A stretch of DNA of 64,000 bases from Chiloscyllium plagiosum. Its lineage: Eukaryota. The DNA is taken from positions 7,801,117 through 7,865,116 of the forward strand of contig NC_057720.1 in NCBI RefSeq assembly GCF_004010195.1, in the 5' to 3' direction. The translations under genes and the position numbers were made by a program. The notes under the pieces were generated by a model. That model made no database searches. It saw only the letters and a list, made by a program, of their open reading frames with translations, and was not told the origin of the DNA. Shown here piece after piece: positions 12,215 through 24,712 of the stretch; position 1 is the stretch's first letter; each line of letters starts with the position of its first letter.

Positions 12215-12705
12215 CTTATTGTGCGACTTGAAAGGGTTTAGAAAAGATTTACAAGGACGTTGCCAGGGTTGGAGGGTTTGAGCTACAGGGAGAGGCTGAA
12301 TAGGCTGGGGCTGTTTTCCCTGGAGCATCGGAGAATGAGGGGTGACCTTATACAGGTTTATAAAATCATGATGGGCACTGGGTAAATAGATACGGTCTGT
12401 TCCCTGGGGTGCGGGAGTCCAAAAGGAGAGGGCATAGATTTAAGGGGAGGTGAAAAATATAAGAGACCTAAGGGGCAACTTTTTCATACAGGGTGGTGTG
12501 TGGATGGAATGAGCTGCCAGAGGAAGTGGTTGAGGCTGGTACAATTACAGCATTTTAAAGACAACTGGATGGGTATATGAATAGGAAGGGTTTAGAAGGA
12601 CATGGGCCAAATGCTGGCAAGTTGGACTAGATTTAGGATATCTGGTTGGCGTGGACAAGTTGGACCAAAGGGTCTGTTTCCATGTTGTTCAGCTCTGTGA
12701 CTCCG
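12215..12705 (+). mobile_element. CR1/HER1-type LINE 3' fragment
   Basis: [15 protein letters not shown] and WNELPEEVVEAG motifs plus conserved tail. Confidence 0.9.
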
Positions 12706-13145
12706 TCACCTCTCCCCAATCCTATAACTCTCCAGCATTCCTCTGAGATAGTGACATCATTGTTAGTTGAGTCTTTGTGACACCTTGCCACAGAGAGCTG
12801 TGGGGACAAAGTCCATGTGTATGTTGTCGTGAGATGGACAGATTCTTGATCAGTCGGGGTATCGGGGAAATGGAGAAAAGGGCAGGAAAGTGGACATGAG
12901 GACTTTTGGATCAGCCAAGATCTTACCCCCGAATGGTAGAGTAAATACAAGGGGCCGAATAGCCTACTCATGTTTCCACTTCTTATGGTCTTATCTCCTC
13001 ACCAGATGGAGACTGACAACAACAAATGGTATTGATGTAACACACTTAATGTAGCAAGACAACCCCTTTGGTAAACAGGAAGGAGATGGTGTAATAATGC
13101 TGTTGCTGGACGAGTGATCCAGCGACCTGTGTTAATGAGCGAATG

Positions 13146-13771
13146 TCATAGAGTCATAGAGATGTACAGCATGGAAACAGACCCTTCGGTCCAACCTGTC
13201 CATGCTGACCAGATATCCCACCCCAATCCAGTCCCACCTGCCAGCACCTAGCCTATATCCCGCCAAATCCTTCCTATTCATATATCCATCCAAATGCCTT
13301 TTAAATCTTGCAATTGTACCAGCCTCCACTACTTCCTCTGGCAGCTCATTCCATACACTTACCACCCTCTGCGTGAAAAGGTTGCCTCTTTGTCTCCTTT
13401 AATATCTTTCCCCTCTCACCCTAAACCTATGCCCTCTAGTTCTGGACACCCCGACCCTAGGGAAAATACTTTGTCTATTAATCCTATCCATGCCCCTCAT
13501 AATTTATAAACCTCTATAAGGTCACCCCTCAGCCTCCGACCCTCCAGGGAAAATAACCCCAGCCTGTTCAGCCTCTCCCCATAGCTCAAATCCTCCAACC
13601 CTGCTCTGACCAATAAAGGAAAGCATACCAAATGCCTTCTTCACTATCCTATCTACCTGCGACTCCACTTTCAAGGAGCTATGAACCTGCACTCCAAGGT
13701 CTCTTTGTTCAGCAACACTCCCTAGGACCTTACCATTAAGTGTGTAAGTCCTGCTAAGATATGCTTTCCCA
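13146..13771 (-). mobile_element. CR1 3' fragment with internal deletion, inserted in a family B SINE (13085-14075)
   Basis: (CATAGAGT)n tail; WNELPEEVVEAGTIARFKRHLD; SINE B halves on both sides. Confidence 0.9.
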
Positions 13772-14084
13772 TCTTGGGGACATGGGTTTGAACCCCACCA
13801 TGAAAGATGATGCTATTCAGACTGATCAAAAATCTGGAATGAAACACTAGCTTAACAGTGATCACTTTATCTATTGTCATAGCAATCTACCTGTTTCTCT
13901 GCTATCCTTAAGTGAAGGAAGTTGACCTTCCTTAGCTGTGGCCTATATTGTGATTACGGACCCACAAAATGTAGTTGACTGCCTTAACTCCCCTCTCAAA
14001 TTGCCTGTACAGCCAATCAAGTGAAGGGATGGAAAACAATTACAGGTCTGGCCAGTGATGTCTACATTCCAATGAAAGATAAAT

Positions 14085-14420
14085 ACAATGCATAAGGCCT
14101 ATTATCAAATAAAATTTGGAGAGATGAGGACATGTTGATCAAAGGGGTAGGTTTTAAGGAACATCTTAAAAGAAAACGAGAGGTTTGAGGGAGGAAATTC
14201 CAGAGCTTATGATCCCAGCAGCTGAAGGCACAGTCACCAATATTGATGCAATTAAAACTGGAAGAGCAGCAAAACTGCAGAGTTGTGAACTGAGGCAATT
14301 ATTGAGAACAGACGTGTGAGATTATGAAAAGGTTTGAACACAAGGATGAGAATTTTAAAATATTGGCCACCTCTGGACCATCAGCTAACGTATGTCAGTG
14401 AGCAAAGATGGAGGTAGCTG
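14085..14420 (-). mobile_element. L2-like LINE 3' fragment
   Basis: Homologous to 20950-21300, which adjoins L2-type RT motifs. Confidence 0.5.
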
Positions 14421-14552
14421 AGCACAAATCAGGAATTAAATCTCCAGACTTTTCCTAATAAAACCCCAAAGAACTGCAGATGCAGGGAATAAGACAAAAA
14501 AACAAATTGCTGAAGAAACTCAGCATGTCTGGCAGCATCCAGACACGCTGGT

Positions 14553-14878
14553 GGGCGGCACGGTGGCACAGTGGTTAGCACTGCTGCCTCACAGCGCCAG
14601 AGACCCGGGTTCAATTCCCGCCTCAGGCGACTCTCTGTGTGGAGTTTGCACATTCTCCCCGTGTCTGCGTGGGTTTCCTCCGGGTGCTCTGGTTTCCTCC
14701 CACAATCCAAAAATGTGCAGGTTAGGTGAATTGAACATGCTAAATTGTCCGTAGTGTTAGGTGAAGCGGTAAGTGTAGGAGTATGGGTCTGGGTAGTATA
14801 CGCTTCGGCGGGTCGGTGTGGACTTGTTGGGCCGAAGGGCCTGTTTCCACACTGTAAGTAATCTAATCTAATCTAATC
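14553..14878 (+). mobile_element. Young full-length HE1-like SINE inside a PLE family C hairpin
   Basis: GGGCGGCACGGTGGCACAGTGG head, (TAATC)n tail; family C sequence at 14460-14545 and 14880-15003. Confidence 0.92.
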
Positions 14879-15409
14879 CATAGAGAGAAAGCAGAGTAGA
14901 CATTTTGGATCGAGCAACCCTCTAGAACTGGACTTGAAAATCTACCTCAGCTTTCTCTTCAGACCTGTTGAGTTTGTCCAGCAATTTCTATTTTTGCTTC
15001 AGACTTTCATGTTCTGTAACACACAGCAGTTTTAAACCTGTGCTGTTGACAGTGGAAAGATGCAAAAAAAAGAATATTTACATTCCCCATTAATGGGTTT
15101 GAGATATCTCAAGGTGCTGCCTGTGAGCCAGTCAGGTTATTTTGTGAAGTACAGCCCATTGCAAGGTGTGGAAACACAGCAGCCAATGTTTACACCCCTA
15201 GATCCCAAAGACAACTCAATAATGACAAAATAATTTTTCTTATGTTTGAAAATCTGTTTTTATAAGAATCATCTTTCAGCAATTTTAATAGGTGTCAATT
15301 CACTTCTCAGAGAGAGAATTTGTTCTTCTGCTAAAATCAGAGAGAAAGAGACTGGTCTCAGTCATTTTGTCAGTAATTTCTCTAAGCGCTAATTGATAAT
15401 TCTCTATCA

Positions 15410-15553
15410 AGGTGAATTGGCCATTCTAAATTGCCCGTAATGTTAGGTAAGGGGTAAATGTAGGGGTATGGGTGGGTTGTGCTTCGGCGGGTCGGTGTGG
15501 ACTTGTTGGGCCAAAGGGCCTGTTTCCACACTGTAATGTAATCTAATCTAATC
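15410..15553 (+). mobile_element. HE1-like SINE 3' half
   Basis: Matches 14725-14878. Confidence 0.9.
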
Positions 15554-15725
15554 TCCCACCTCTATTTGGCCATTTTGCCAGAGAATCTGATATTTTTATC
15601 AAGTTAAAGACGCCACATAAATCCAAGTTGTTACTCTATTCCAGATGTGTCTGAAAGCTAAACATTTTAAGGTATAAAAGCTGTACTTACTTATTATGAA
15701 AAATTTACTACAATGATAATAGAAC

Positions 15726-15967
15726 TGAAAGGTATATCTGAAGGAAGGCCAGTATCCCATCACCAAGTCACCCTATAACTACACGGGCTTGGTATTTGAC
15801 ATTGGTCTGGCTACCCTCAGAACCAGCTCTCAGAGTGAACAAAACCTCTGATATTCCTGTTTCTATCTGTCAGCCAGGGCTCCCCGATTGGACCAGGGTT
15901 AACAGCCCCAATCAGGGAACTCATATTCTATGAGGTCCATGTGTCTGACCTTGTTACAATCACTACA
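15726..15967 (-). mobile_element. Short solo LTR-like repeat
   Basis: Reverse complement begins TGTAGTGATTG and ends TTTCA; homologous to 41466-41700, 54196-54430 and 54610-54719. Confidence 0.6.
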
Positions 15968-16381
15968 ACATCTGGCAGGAAAGATTGAACAGGCTGAAGC
16001 TCTTTTCTTTGAGAAAGAGAGAGTTGAGAATTTGACTGGATAGGGTTCTTTCAGGTTAAGAAAAGTCCTGATGGGGGAGACATAGAGAATATGTTTCCAC
16101 TTGCAGGTGAGACCGGAACCCGGGGGCATAACTGTAACAGATTAATTACCAAGCACAATAGGTGAAACATATTTACCCAGAGAATGGTTAAAATATGGAA
16201 CTTGTGAATACATGATGTGGTTGAGGAGCGTAGAAAAGCCACAGAAAGCTAGATAAACACACAGTGGAGCAAGGAAAGTAGATGGACACATCCATTGAGG
16301 GAAGGTGGAAGAAAACTTGAAAGTGGCTGGTAGAGGGTTTACACAGAGAGATTGACTTGTTGAGTTGAATGATCTGATTCT

Positions 16382-16901
16382 CGGAGAAAGTGTGGACTGC
16401 AGATGCTGGAGATCAGAGTTGAGAGTATGGTGCTGGAAAAGCACAGCAGGTCAGGCAGCATCAGAGGAGCAGGAGAATCGATGTTTTAGGCAAAAGCCCT
16501 TCATTAGGAATTAGGCTTGTGAGCCAAGGGGGTAGAGAGATAAATGGGAGTGGGGTGGGACTGGGGGTAAGGTATCTGAGAGTGTGATAGGTAGATGGAG
16601 GTGGGGGGTAATGGTGATAGGTCAGAGGGGAAGGTAGAGTGGATAGGTGGGAAGGAAGATGGACAGGTGGGGCAGATCATGAGGTGGTACCGAATTGGAA
16701 GATTGGATCGGGGATAAGGTGGAGGGAGAGGAAATGAGGAAACTGGCGAAATCCACATTGATCCCGTGTGGTTGGAGGATCCCAAGCCGGAAGATGAGGC
16801 GTTCTTCCTCCAGGCGTCGAGTAGTTAGGGTTTGGCGATGGAGGAGGCCCAGGACTTGCATGTTCCCTGGCGGAATGGGAGAGGGAGGTGGAGTTTTTCA
16901 G
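16382..16901 (-). mobile_element. 5'-truncated Penelope-like element (GIY-YIG C-terminus, 3' UTR, family A tail)
   Basis: MQVLGLLHRQTLTTRRLEEERLIFRLGILQPHGINVDF; 12-bp TSD TGATCTGATTCT at 16370-16381 and 16902-16913. Confidence 0.88.
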
Positions 16902-17241
16902 TGATCTGATTCTATGCAGGGAATGCTTTACAAAATTACCCGCATGGAGATGCGACTTAATAAGATGTTAATATCGAGACATTTCTCATTCCTTTTGGTC
17001 TTGGTTCCTCTATTTCTGCTGTTTGTTTTTATTCTGTTTTTGTCATCAAGTGTGTAACCAAGATGGTGCCAGAAAGTGGTGAGTTTGTCCATTTTTCACT
17101 GTAACTCCTGTATTCCTATACTTGAATAGACATGACGATAAAATAAAAATTTAACTTTAGTTCATGTAATTGACATATGTGTCTCTCTCTTGCCCCAGAT
17201 GACTTACTTAAAAGCTGTGTTGCTGCCAAACATAGGAAGTC

Positions 17242-17352
17242 ATGATGTGGAGATGGCGGTATTGGACGGGTGGACAAAGTCAGAAATCACATGACACTAG
17301 GTTGTAGTCCAACAGGTTTATTTGGAATCACAAGCTTTCGGAGCACTGCTCC
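17242..17352 (-). mobile_element. PLE-like tail family B (partial hammerhead)
   Basis: Reverse complement GGAGCAGTGCTCC-GAAAGCTT-GTG...AAACCTGTTGGACTAC. Confidence 0.65.
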
Positions 17353-18199
17353 AAGTGTGGGAAGGAGCAGTTGTTGAAATCTTAGAGACAATAATTGGCA
17401 GGGCGGAAATTCTTTTCCTTTAAGAGTAGCTGCACGAGTTTGCCAATGATAACAGAGGAGAGGGGCAGTGACCTCTGGATGTCACACAAGATAAAGGTAC
17501 AGCGTATCTGTTCAAAATGAAAGAATCCCTCAGTTTCCTTTGGTTGTGACTTGCCTACATTTTCCTATTGCACTATTAGATGTTTAACTTAGATAAAGGC
17601 ACCAAGGTAATTGTAAGAAATCTCAGGGCAAAAAGACAACACTAACAAAAAAGATAGGCTAACCAAGAGTTTGATCCTAAAGCAAAATGAAGTAAGGGAG
17701 AGAAAAACAAAATCAAGAATGGATCTGACAGCACTGATGCGGTCAGTACAAAGAGACGGGTCAGAATGGGGAGCAGAGACAATTAGGTGACTAATGTGAT
17801 AATGTCCAGCAATCTGTTTTCAAGTGCTGTAGGCCAAGACAAGAGGACAAACTGTTCAGCAAACAAAATACCACCATGAGGCGATGGGCAGGCTCCCTAT
17901 TTGTCATCAGACCTTGGAGATGGAATCTCTTGATATTGCAGCTCTCACTCTGCACTGAAATCACTGGCGCAAAGTTTCTGAGAATGAGACCCGAACCCAC
18001 AATCTGCTGACGCAGAGTGTGAAAGTACTACCCACTGAGCCAAGGCTGACACCATATGAGTAGCTGTGAATTCTTGCTGTGCTGGTAAAAGAGCATATGC
18101 TTGTCTGTTGTACTGAGTCCTGAGAGAAAAGAGAAGACAGGGGTGCAGCACAGACTGTGAGTGACTGTAGTGAATATCCTATGACTATATCATTCATTA

Positions 18200-18470
18200 G
18201 ATGTCATGGAGTCATGCAGTCATAGAGGTGTACAACATGGAAACAGACCCTTCAGTTCAACTTGTCCATGCCGACCAGATATCCTAAGTTAATCTAGTTC
18301 TGTTTGACAGCATTTGGCCCATATCCCTCTCAGCCCTTTCTATTCATATATCCATCCAGATGCCTTTTAAATGTTGTAACTGTACCAGCCTCCACCAACT
18401 CCTCTGGCAGCTCATTCCATACACGTACCACCCTCTGTGTGAAAACATTGCCCCTCCGGTCGCTCCTTTC
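18200..18470 (-). mobile_element. CR1 3' end
   Basis: Homologous to other CR1 tails. Confidence 0.85.
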
Positions 18471-18718
18471 TCCCAGTGCTGGTTCACTGTGAATCAACTC
18501 CGAATCTAAACTGCCAGTCCAGTCCAGAATCTCTTCTCCTCCCTCACATCTTCAGCCACTGGAGATAATCTAACCTGTCTATCTCTTCCTCAATAAGATA
18601 AGCCATCAGTCTTGGTAAACCTTCTCTGAACTCTTTCCATACACATTGACAGCATTCCTTAAATAAGGAGAGCATTGTAGTATTTTTGAATTTCGGTAAT
18701 AGCATTTTTTTTTAAAAC

Positions 18719-19045
18719 ATTAGATTGTCTACAGTGAGGACACAGGCCATTTGGCCCAACAAGTCCACACTGATCCTTTGAAGAGTAACCCACCCAGCCC
18801 CCTTCCATTATCTGATATTTACCCCTGACTAATGCACCTAACACTATGGATAATTTAGCACGGCTAATTCAACTGACCTGCACATCTTGTGGATTGTGGG
18901 AAGAAACTGGAGCACCCGGAGGAAACCCACACAGACACAAGGAGAATATTAAACCCCACACTGACAGTCGCCCAAGACGGGAATCAAACTCAGGTCCCTG
19001 GCACTGTGAGGCAGCAGTGTTAATCTCTGAGCCACCATGCTGCCA
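18719..19045 (-). mobile_element. HE1-like SINE
   Basis: Reverse complement of the SINE consensus seen at 28469. Confidence 0.88.
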
Positions 19046-19494
19046 CATTCATTTATGGGATATGGGTGTCACTGGAAGGGCTAGGATCTAACTTCTCTTG
19101 AACTGAGTGCCTTGCTCAAACCATTTCAGAGGGCAGTTAAGAGTCAATGACATTGTTGTGGATTTAGAACATTGAACATAGAACATATAACAGTACAGCA
19201 TAGTACAGGCCCTTCGGCCTAGGATGTTCTGCCAATTATTTATCTTAATCTGATCAGAATTTGAAGTCTTATATTGTCCAATCCAAATAAGGGTGGCAGA
19301 TTTTCTTCCCTCAAGGGGCAATAGCCAACTAGATGGATTTTTAACAATAGTGATAGCTTTAATTTTAGTCACCATCCTGAAGACTAGCCTTCAATTTCAG
19401 ATATTTTATTTCTTAATTAATTCATGGGACATGGGCAACACTGGTTGGACAAACATTTATTGTCCAAAGGATCTTTGTTGGATTTCTGCAGTGC

Positions 19495-20485
19495 AACTTG
19501 TAGATGGTGCACACTGCTGCTACTGAACATCAGTGATGGAGGGAGATGGATGGTTGTGAATGTACTGCCAATCAGCGGGCTGCTTTGTTCTGGATGGGAT
19601 GGCATCAAGCTTTTTGATTGTTGTTGGAGATACACCCACCCAGGTAAGGGGGAGTATTCCATCACAGTCCTAACTTGTGCCTTGTAGATGGTGGACAAGG
19701 CTTTGGGGAGTCAGGAAGTGAGCTACTCATCACGGTTTTTCTAACCTCTGCCCTGCTTTTGTAGCCACTGAGTCTATGTGGCGAGTTCAGTTGAGTTTCT
19801 AGTCAATGATAACTTCCAGGATGTTGACAGCAGGGGAATTGGTGATGGTAACACTGTTAAATGTCAAGGGACAGTGATTAAGTTGTCCTTTATTGAAGTC
19901 AAGAGTGTGGTGCTAGAAAAGCACAGCAGAGGTAAGGGGTAAATGTTATGGTATGGGTGGGTTCGCTTCGGCGGGTCGGTGTGGACTTGTTGGGCCGAAG
20001 GGCCTGTTTCCACACTGTAATGTAATCTAATCTAATCTAAAAAAAAATCTAAACTTGTAGATGGTGCACACTGCTGCTACTGAACATCAGTGATGGAGGG
20101 AGTGGATGGTTGTGAATGTGCTGCTAATCAGCGGGCTGCTTTGTTCTGGATGGGATGGCATCAAGCTTTTTGATTGTTGTTGGAGATACACCCACCCAGG
20201 TAAGGGGGAGTATTCCATCACAGTCCTAACTTGTGCCTTGTAGATGGTGGACAAGGCTTTGGGGAGTCAGGAAGTGAGCTACTCATCACGGTTTTTCTAA
20301 CCTCTGCCCTGCTTTTGTAGCCACTGAGTCTATGTGGCGAGTTCAGTTGAGTTTCTAGTCAATGATAACTTCCAGGATGTTGACAGCAGGGGAATTGGTG
20401 ATGGTAACACTGTTAAATGTCAAGGGACAGTGATTAAGTTGTCCTTTATTGAAGTCAAGAGTGTGGTGCTAGAAAAGCACAGCAG
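19495..20485. repeat. ~435-bp direct duplication flanking an HE1 SINE 3' fragment (19930-20051)
   Basis: 19495-19929 is nearly identical to 20052-20485. Confidence 0.95.
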
Positions 20486-20640
20486 GTCAGGCAGCATCCC
20501 AGGAGCAGGAATTTCCTGATGAAAGGCTTTTTCCTGAAACGTCGATTCTCCTGCTCTTCGGATGCTTCCTGACCCGCTGTTCTTTTCCAGCACCACACTC
20601 TCGACTCTAATCTCTAGCATCTGCAATCCTCACTTTTGCC
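20451..20640. mobile_element. PLE family A inverted (head-to-head) insertion
   Basis: Minus arm 20451-20510, plus arm from TTCCTGATGA near 20513. Confidence 0.8.
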
Positions 20641-21499
20641 CCGTTTTTTTTTATTGGAGATGGTCATTGCCTGGCATGTGTGTGTGGTACTAATGTTACT
20701 TGATTATTATTTGGTTATTAATGAAGTTTTAAATACACCAGCTGCCCTGGTGGGATTTGAGCCCCTGTCGTAGGCCTTTAGATCACCGCAATGCCATTAC
20801 TTTGCTCATTGTGATTGTGATGTTGAGGCATGGGGACCAATGTTTACAGGACAGAAAGAGGCCAGTCAATATGGTAGGATCATGGTTGGAGTTTAGGCAA
20901 CATCTGATATCATCGCCATACAGGATAACAACTGCAATAACATAGTGTGTTTCTATAATGCTTTCAATTGTAGAACAACCTTAGGCATAGCACAGGAGCC
21001 AAGTAAGGAGTTGTTCTGGTCAATGTAAAGAAATAGGTTTTGAGGAGCATTTTGTTGGAGAATATTGAGGTAGTGACGCAGAAATATTAAGAGAGGGAAT
21101 TCCAGAGGCACCCGAAGGTATGACTGCCACTGACTAGTGATTAAAATCAGGGACGATCAAGACACCAAAATTTTGAAGAGCACAGATATCTCATAAGGTT
21201 GTGAAGCTGGAGGTAATAAGAAAACCAAGGTATTGCTTGATGAGGTCCCAATGTAGGTAGGTGAATATAGGGTTAATTGATGAATGGGGCTTGCTGTGCA
21301 TTAACCCACAGTGAGGAGCGTTTTGACTGATCTCAAGTTCATGCAGGAGTGTATGGAAGAAGTCAACCAGGACTGCACTTGAGTAGATGAAACAAAGGCC
21401 TGAAGTTGAGGGTTTCTGCTGCAGATGAGGTGAGATGGGTGGATCTAGGTGATTTTACAAACATGGAATGAGGTCTCAGAGAGAGTATGGATATCAGGG

Positions 21500-21840
21500 G
21501 GAAGACAATTGCCTCGTGGTATTATTACTGGACTGTTAATCCAGACACCCAGATAATGTCCTGGGGACGTGGATTTGAATCCTGCAGCTGGTGGAATTTG
21601 AATTCAATAAAAAAGATTTCTGGAATTAAGAGTATAATGACCAGGAAATCATTGTCAATTGTTGGAAAACCCACCTATGCCCTTTATGGAAGGAAACAGC
21701 CATCCTTCCCTGGTCTGGCCTCCAGGTGACTCCAGACCCACAACAATGTGGGTGACTCTTAACTGCCTTCTGGGCCATAAGGATGGGCAATAAATGAAGG
21801 CCCAACCAGCGATGCTGTCATCCTGTGAATGAATTTTAAA
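21500..21840 (+). mobile_element. SINE family B
   Basis: GTGGTATTATTACTGGACTGTTAATCCAGA head; GGGCAATAAATG tail. Confidence 0.75.
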
Positions 21841-22059
21841 AATAACTGTGGACAGAAGCTCATCTTGTGGTTAAATATGACATAGAGGTTATAAATGGTC
21901 TCAATCTGCCTCAGACTGAATTGCCAGAGAGAGGCACAGAGACAGTGGCTAGTGAAATGTAGCTTATGGCATTGCAGGGAGAGAATGCAAACACGATAGT
22001 TTTGGTCTTCCAGATATTTAGTCAGAGGAAATTTCTGCATTGTCCGTTTTGATAATGCA

Positions 22060-22264
22060 CAGCTAGTCAGGCAGCATGCAAGGGGCATGAGAGTCGACGT
22101 TTTGAGCATAAGCCACTTTATCAGGAAGAGCTGATTCCTGATGAAGAGCTTATGCTCGAAATGTTGACTCTCCTGCTCCTCAGATGCTGCCTGACCTACT
22201 GTGCTTTTCCAGCATCATACTTTTCGACTCTGATCTCCAGCATCTGCAGTCCTCACTTTCTCCT
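22060..22264. mobile_element. PLE family A head-to-head pair with two hammerhead motifs
   Basis: Minus arm 22060-22127; plus arm CTGATGA 22138-22144 with GAGC-TTAT-GCTC helix. Confidence 0.82.
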
Positions 22265-22891
22265 CCGTTTTGATAATGTCGAGTCAGTGGGAAGATGGGG
22301 AGAAGTGAAGGTGACTTTGGGCTGGGTATCATCAACAAGCAAATAGGGACTGATGCTGTGTTCTCAATGATGTCATCAGAAAGCAACACATATATGAGAA
22401 ATATCAGAGGGGGCCAAGCATCACTCTCTGGGGAACATCAGACATAATGATGAGGGATTGCGAACAAAAAAAATCACAGGTCATCCTTTGGATATGATTA
22501 GAAAGGGATCCAGGGAACAAAGTCTCAGTTAGCTCAATAACAATGGAGTGGTGGTAGTGGGAGCACGGTGTGGTCAACCATCTCAAAGACCACAAAGGAC
22601 CAGGAAGGGCCACAGTCAAGTCAGATATCATTTGTTTTTTAATAGCATGGGTATGGATCTTGGGATCTTCAAGGATTTTGAAGAGGAAAAGGAGGTTGGC
22701 AGTAAGACACAAATTTGGAAGGATGCAGTCATCAATGGGCAATTTTCAAAATGAGCAATGATGGCGTCAGATTGGGAGAAGGTCTCTTGAAGGGGAGACC
22801 TATTTATGCCAGTTGTAAATATGGAGACCAGGAGGGAAAGCCAAACAGCTCAATAATTCAGGGAGAATTGGTTGACAGGGGGAAGAAATCA

Positions 22892-23129
22892 ACGAGGTAA
22901 AAACAATGACTGCAGATGCTAGAAACCAAATTCTGGATTAGTGGTGCTGGAAGAGCACAGCAGTTCAGGCAGCATCCAAGGAGTAGCGAAATCAACGTTT
23001 CGGGCAAAAGCCCTTCATCAGGAATAAAGGCAGAGAGCCTGAAGGCGTGGAGAGATAAGCTTGAGGAGGGTGGGGGTGGGGAGAAAGTAGCATAGAGTAC
23101 AATAGGTGAGTGGGGGAGGGGATGAAGGT
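22892..23129 (-). mobile_element. PLE family A 3' fragment
   Basis: 16-bp TSD CAGGGGGAAGAAATCA at 22876-22891 and 23130-23145; intact core on minus strand. Confidence 0.88.
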
Positions 23130-23544
23130 CAGGGGGAAGAAATCAGCCTTATGTACAAGAGATGTTTAAGGAGACAATGAGGGATGATGTCAGATCTGGT
23201 GGGAAAGCAGAAAGGGAACTTCAGAGAAAGTTTGAGCACTTGTGCGAATGGAAGGGAGGGAGATCAGAGAATCAGTGGGTCTCAATCTTTGTGACAAAGA
23301 GTTGAGTGAGTATCTTTGCATCTTTGTTTATTGATGTGGGTGGTAGAGATGGAGCAGAGAGTTTTCAGAAGATGTTCTGCAGTATGGAAAAGAAACCAGA
23401 ATGTATTTTCGCATTCCGAGCAGTCTGATCCATGGAAGTGAATGGTTTTGGCCAACAAGACAAAGGGTCAAAAGAATTTTGTCTCCAACCAGATCCAGCA
23501 GTGACTGGCTAAGCCAACTGGAAATGTAGCAATATTTATTCTAC

Positions 23545-23895
23545 CAGGAGTAGATGCAGGAAGGATGTTCCCAATGACAGGAAAGTCCAGAACCAGGGGT
23601 CACAGTCTAAGGATACAGGATAGACCAGCTAGGACTGAGATGAGGAGAAATTTCTTCATCCAGAGAGTGGAGAGCCTGTGGAATTCTCTGCCACAGAAAG
23701 CGATGAAGTGAAAACATTGCAAAATTTCAGGAAGGAGTGGGATATAGCAATTGGACTCAGAGGGAGCAAAGGATATGGAGGAGAATGTAGGAACAGGTTA
23801 CTGAGTTGGATGATCAGCCCTGATCATATTGAATGGCAGAGCAAGCTCAAGGGGCCAACTAACTTGCTCCTATTCCTATTTTCAAAGTTTCTGTG
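23545..23895 (+). mobile_element. CR1 3' fragment (second CR1 subfamily)
   Basis: GGHSLRI..EMRRNFF-type coding remnant and tail; related to 24970-25300, 47010-47400 and 55932-56347. Confidence 0.75.
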
Positions 23896-24393
23896 AAGGA
23901 ATTTGGCCCATTATATCTGTTTTGGCTGAAGGAAGAGATATTCAACTAAATTCTACCTTGGTCCATAGGCCCCAGCGGTTACAACATTTCAAATGATTAT
24001 CCAAGTTTTTTTAAAATGTGATGAGGGTTTTGGCCTCTACTATCCTTGTAGAACATACATTCCAGACATCCATCACCCTCTGGATGAAAAGAATTATGTC
24101 TTAACTCCCTTTTAATCCTTGCAATGAATATTTTAAATCAATACCCTTAGTTATTGACCTCTCTGCTGACAGATATAAATCCTTCCTAACCACTTCATCC
24201 ATACTCCTTGTAACTTCAGATACTGCACTTAAATTTCCCTCTTAGTTTTCTCTAGTCTAAAGAAATGAACGCTAACCGATCCTACCTTCCTTCTGCCAAA
24301 AAACTTACCATTCCTGGCAACAAGCATGCAAATCTCTTCTGTAGACTTTCTAGTGCAGTCCTTCAATACAGTGACCAGAACTGTACAAAGTAT

Positions 24394-24712
24394 TGGGTGG
24401 CACGGTGGCACAGTGGTTAGCACTGCTGCCTCACAGCACCAGAGACCTGGGTTCAATTCCCGCCTCAGGTGACTGACTGTGTGGAGTTTGCATGTTCTCC
24501 CCGTGTCTGCGTGGGTTTCCTCCGGGTGCTCCGGTTTCCTCCCACAGTCCAAAAGATGTGCAAGTCAGGTGAATTGGCCGTGCCAAGTTGCCCATAGTGT
24601 TAGGTAAGGGGTAAAATGTAGGGGTATGGGTGGGTTACGCTTCGGCAGGTCGGTGTGGACTTGTTAGGCCGAAGGGCCTGTTTCCACACTGTAATCTAAT
24701 CTAATCTAATCT
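24394..24712 (+). mobile_element. Full-length HE1-like SINE
   Basis: Head, core and (TAATC)n tail. Confidence 0.92.

Larger units (their letters stand above)
20950..23470 (-). mobile_element. Decayed L2-type LINE ORF2, interrupted by younger insertions
   Basis: Minus-strand remnants FEMVDH (~22575), SDVPQRVMLGPL (~22420) and DDTQ (~22330) match AFDTVDH, GVPQGSVLGP and YADDTQ. Confidence 0.65.

Noticed and set aside
14553..14630. tRNA gene
   Set aside because: tRNA-like SINE head that continues into SINE core and tail; same for other copies
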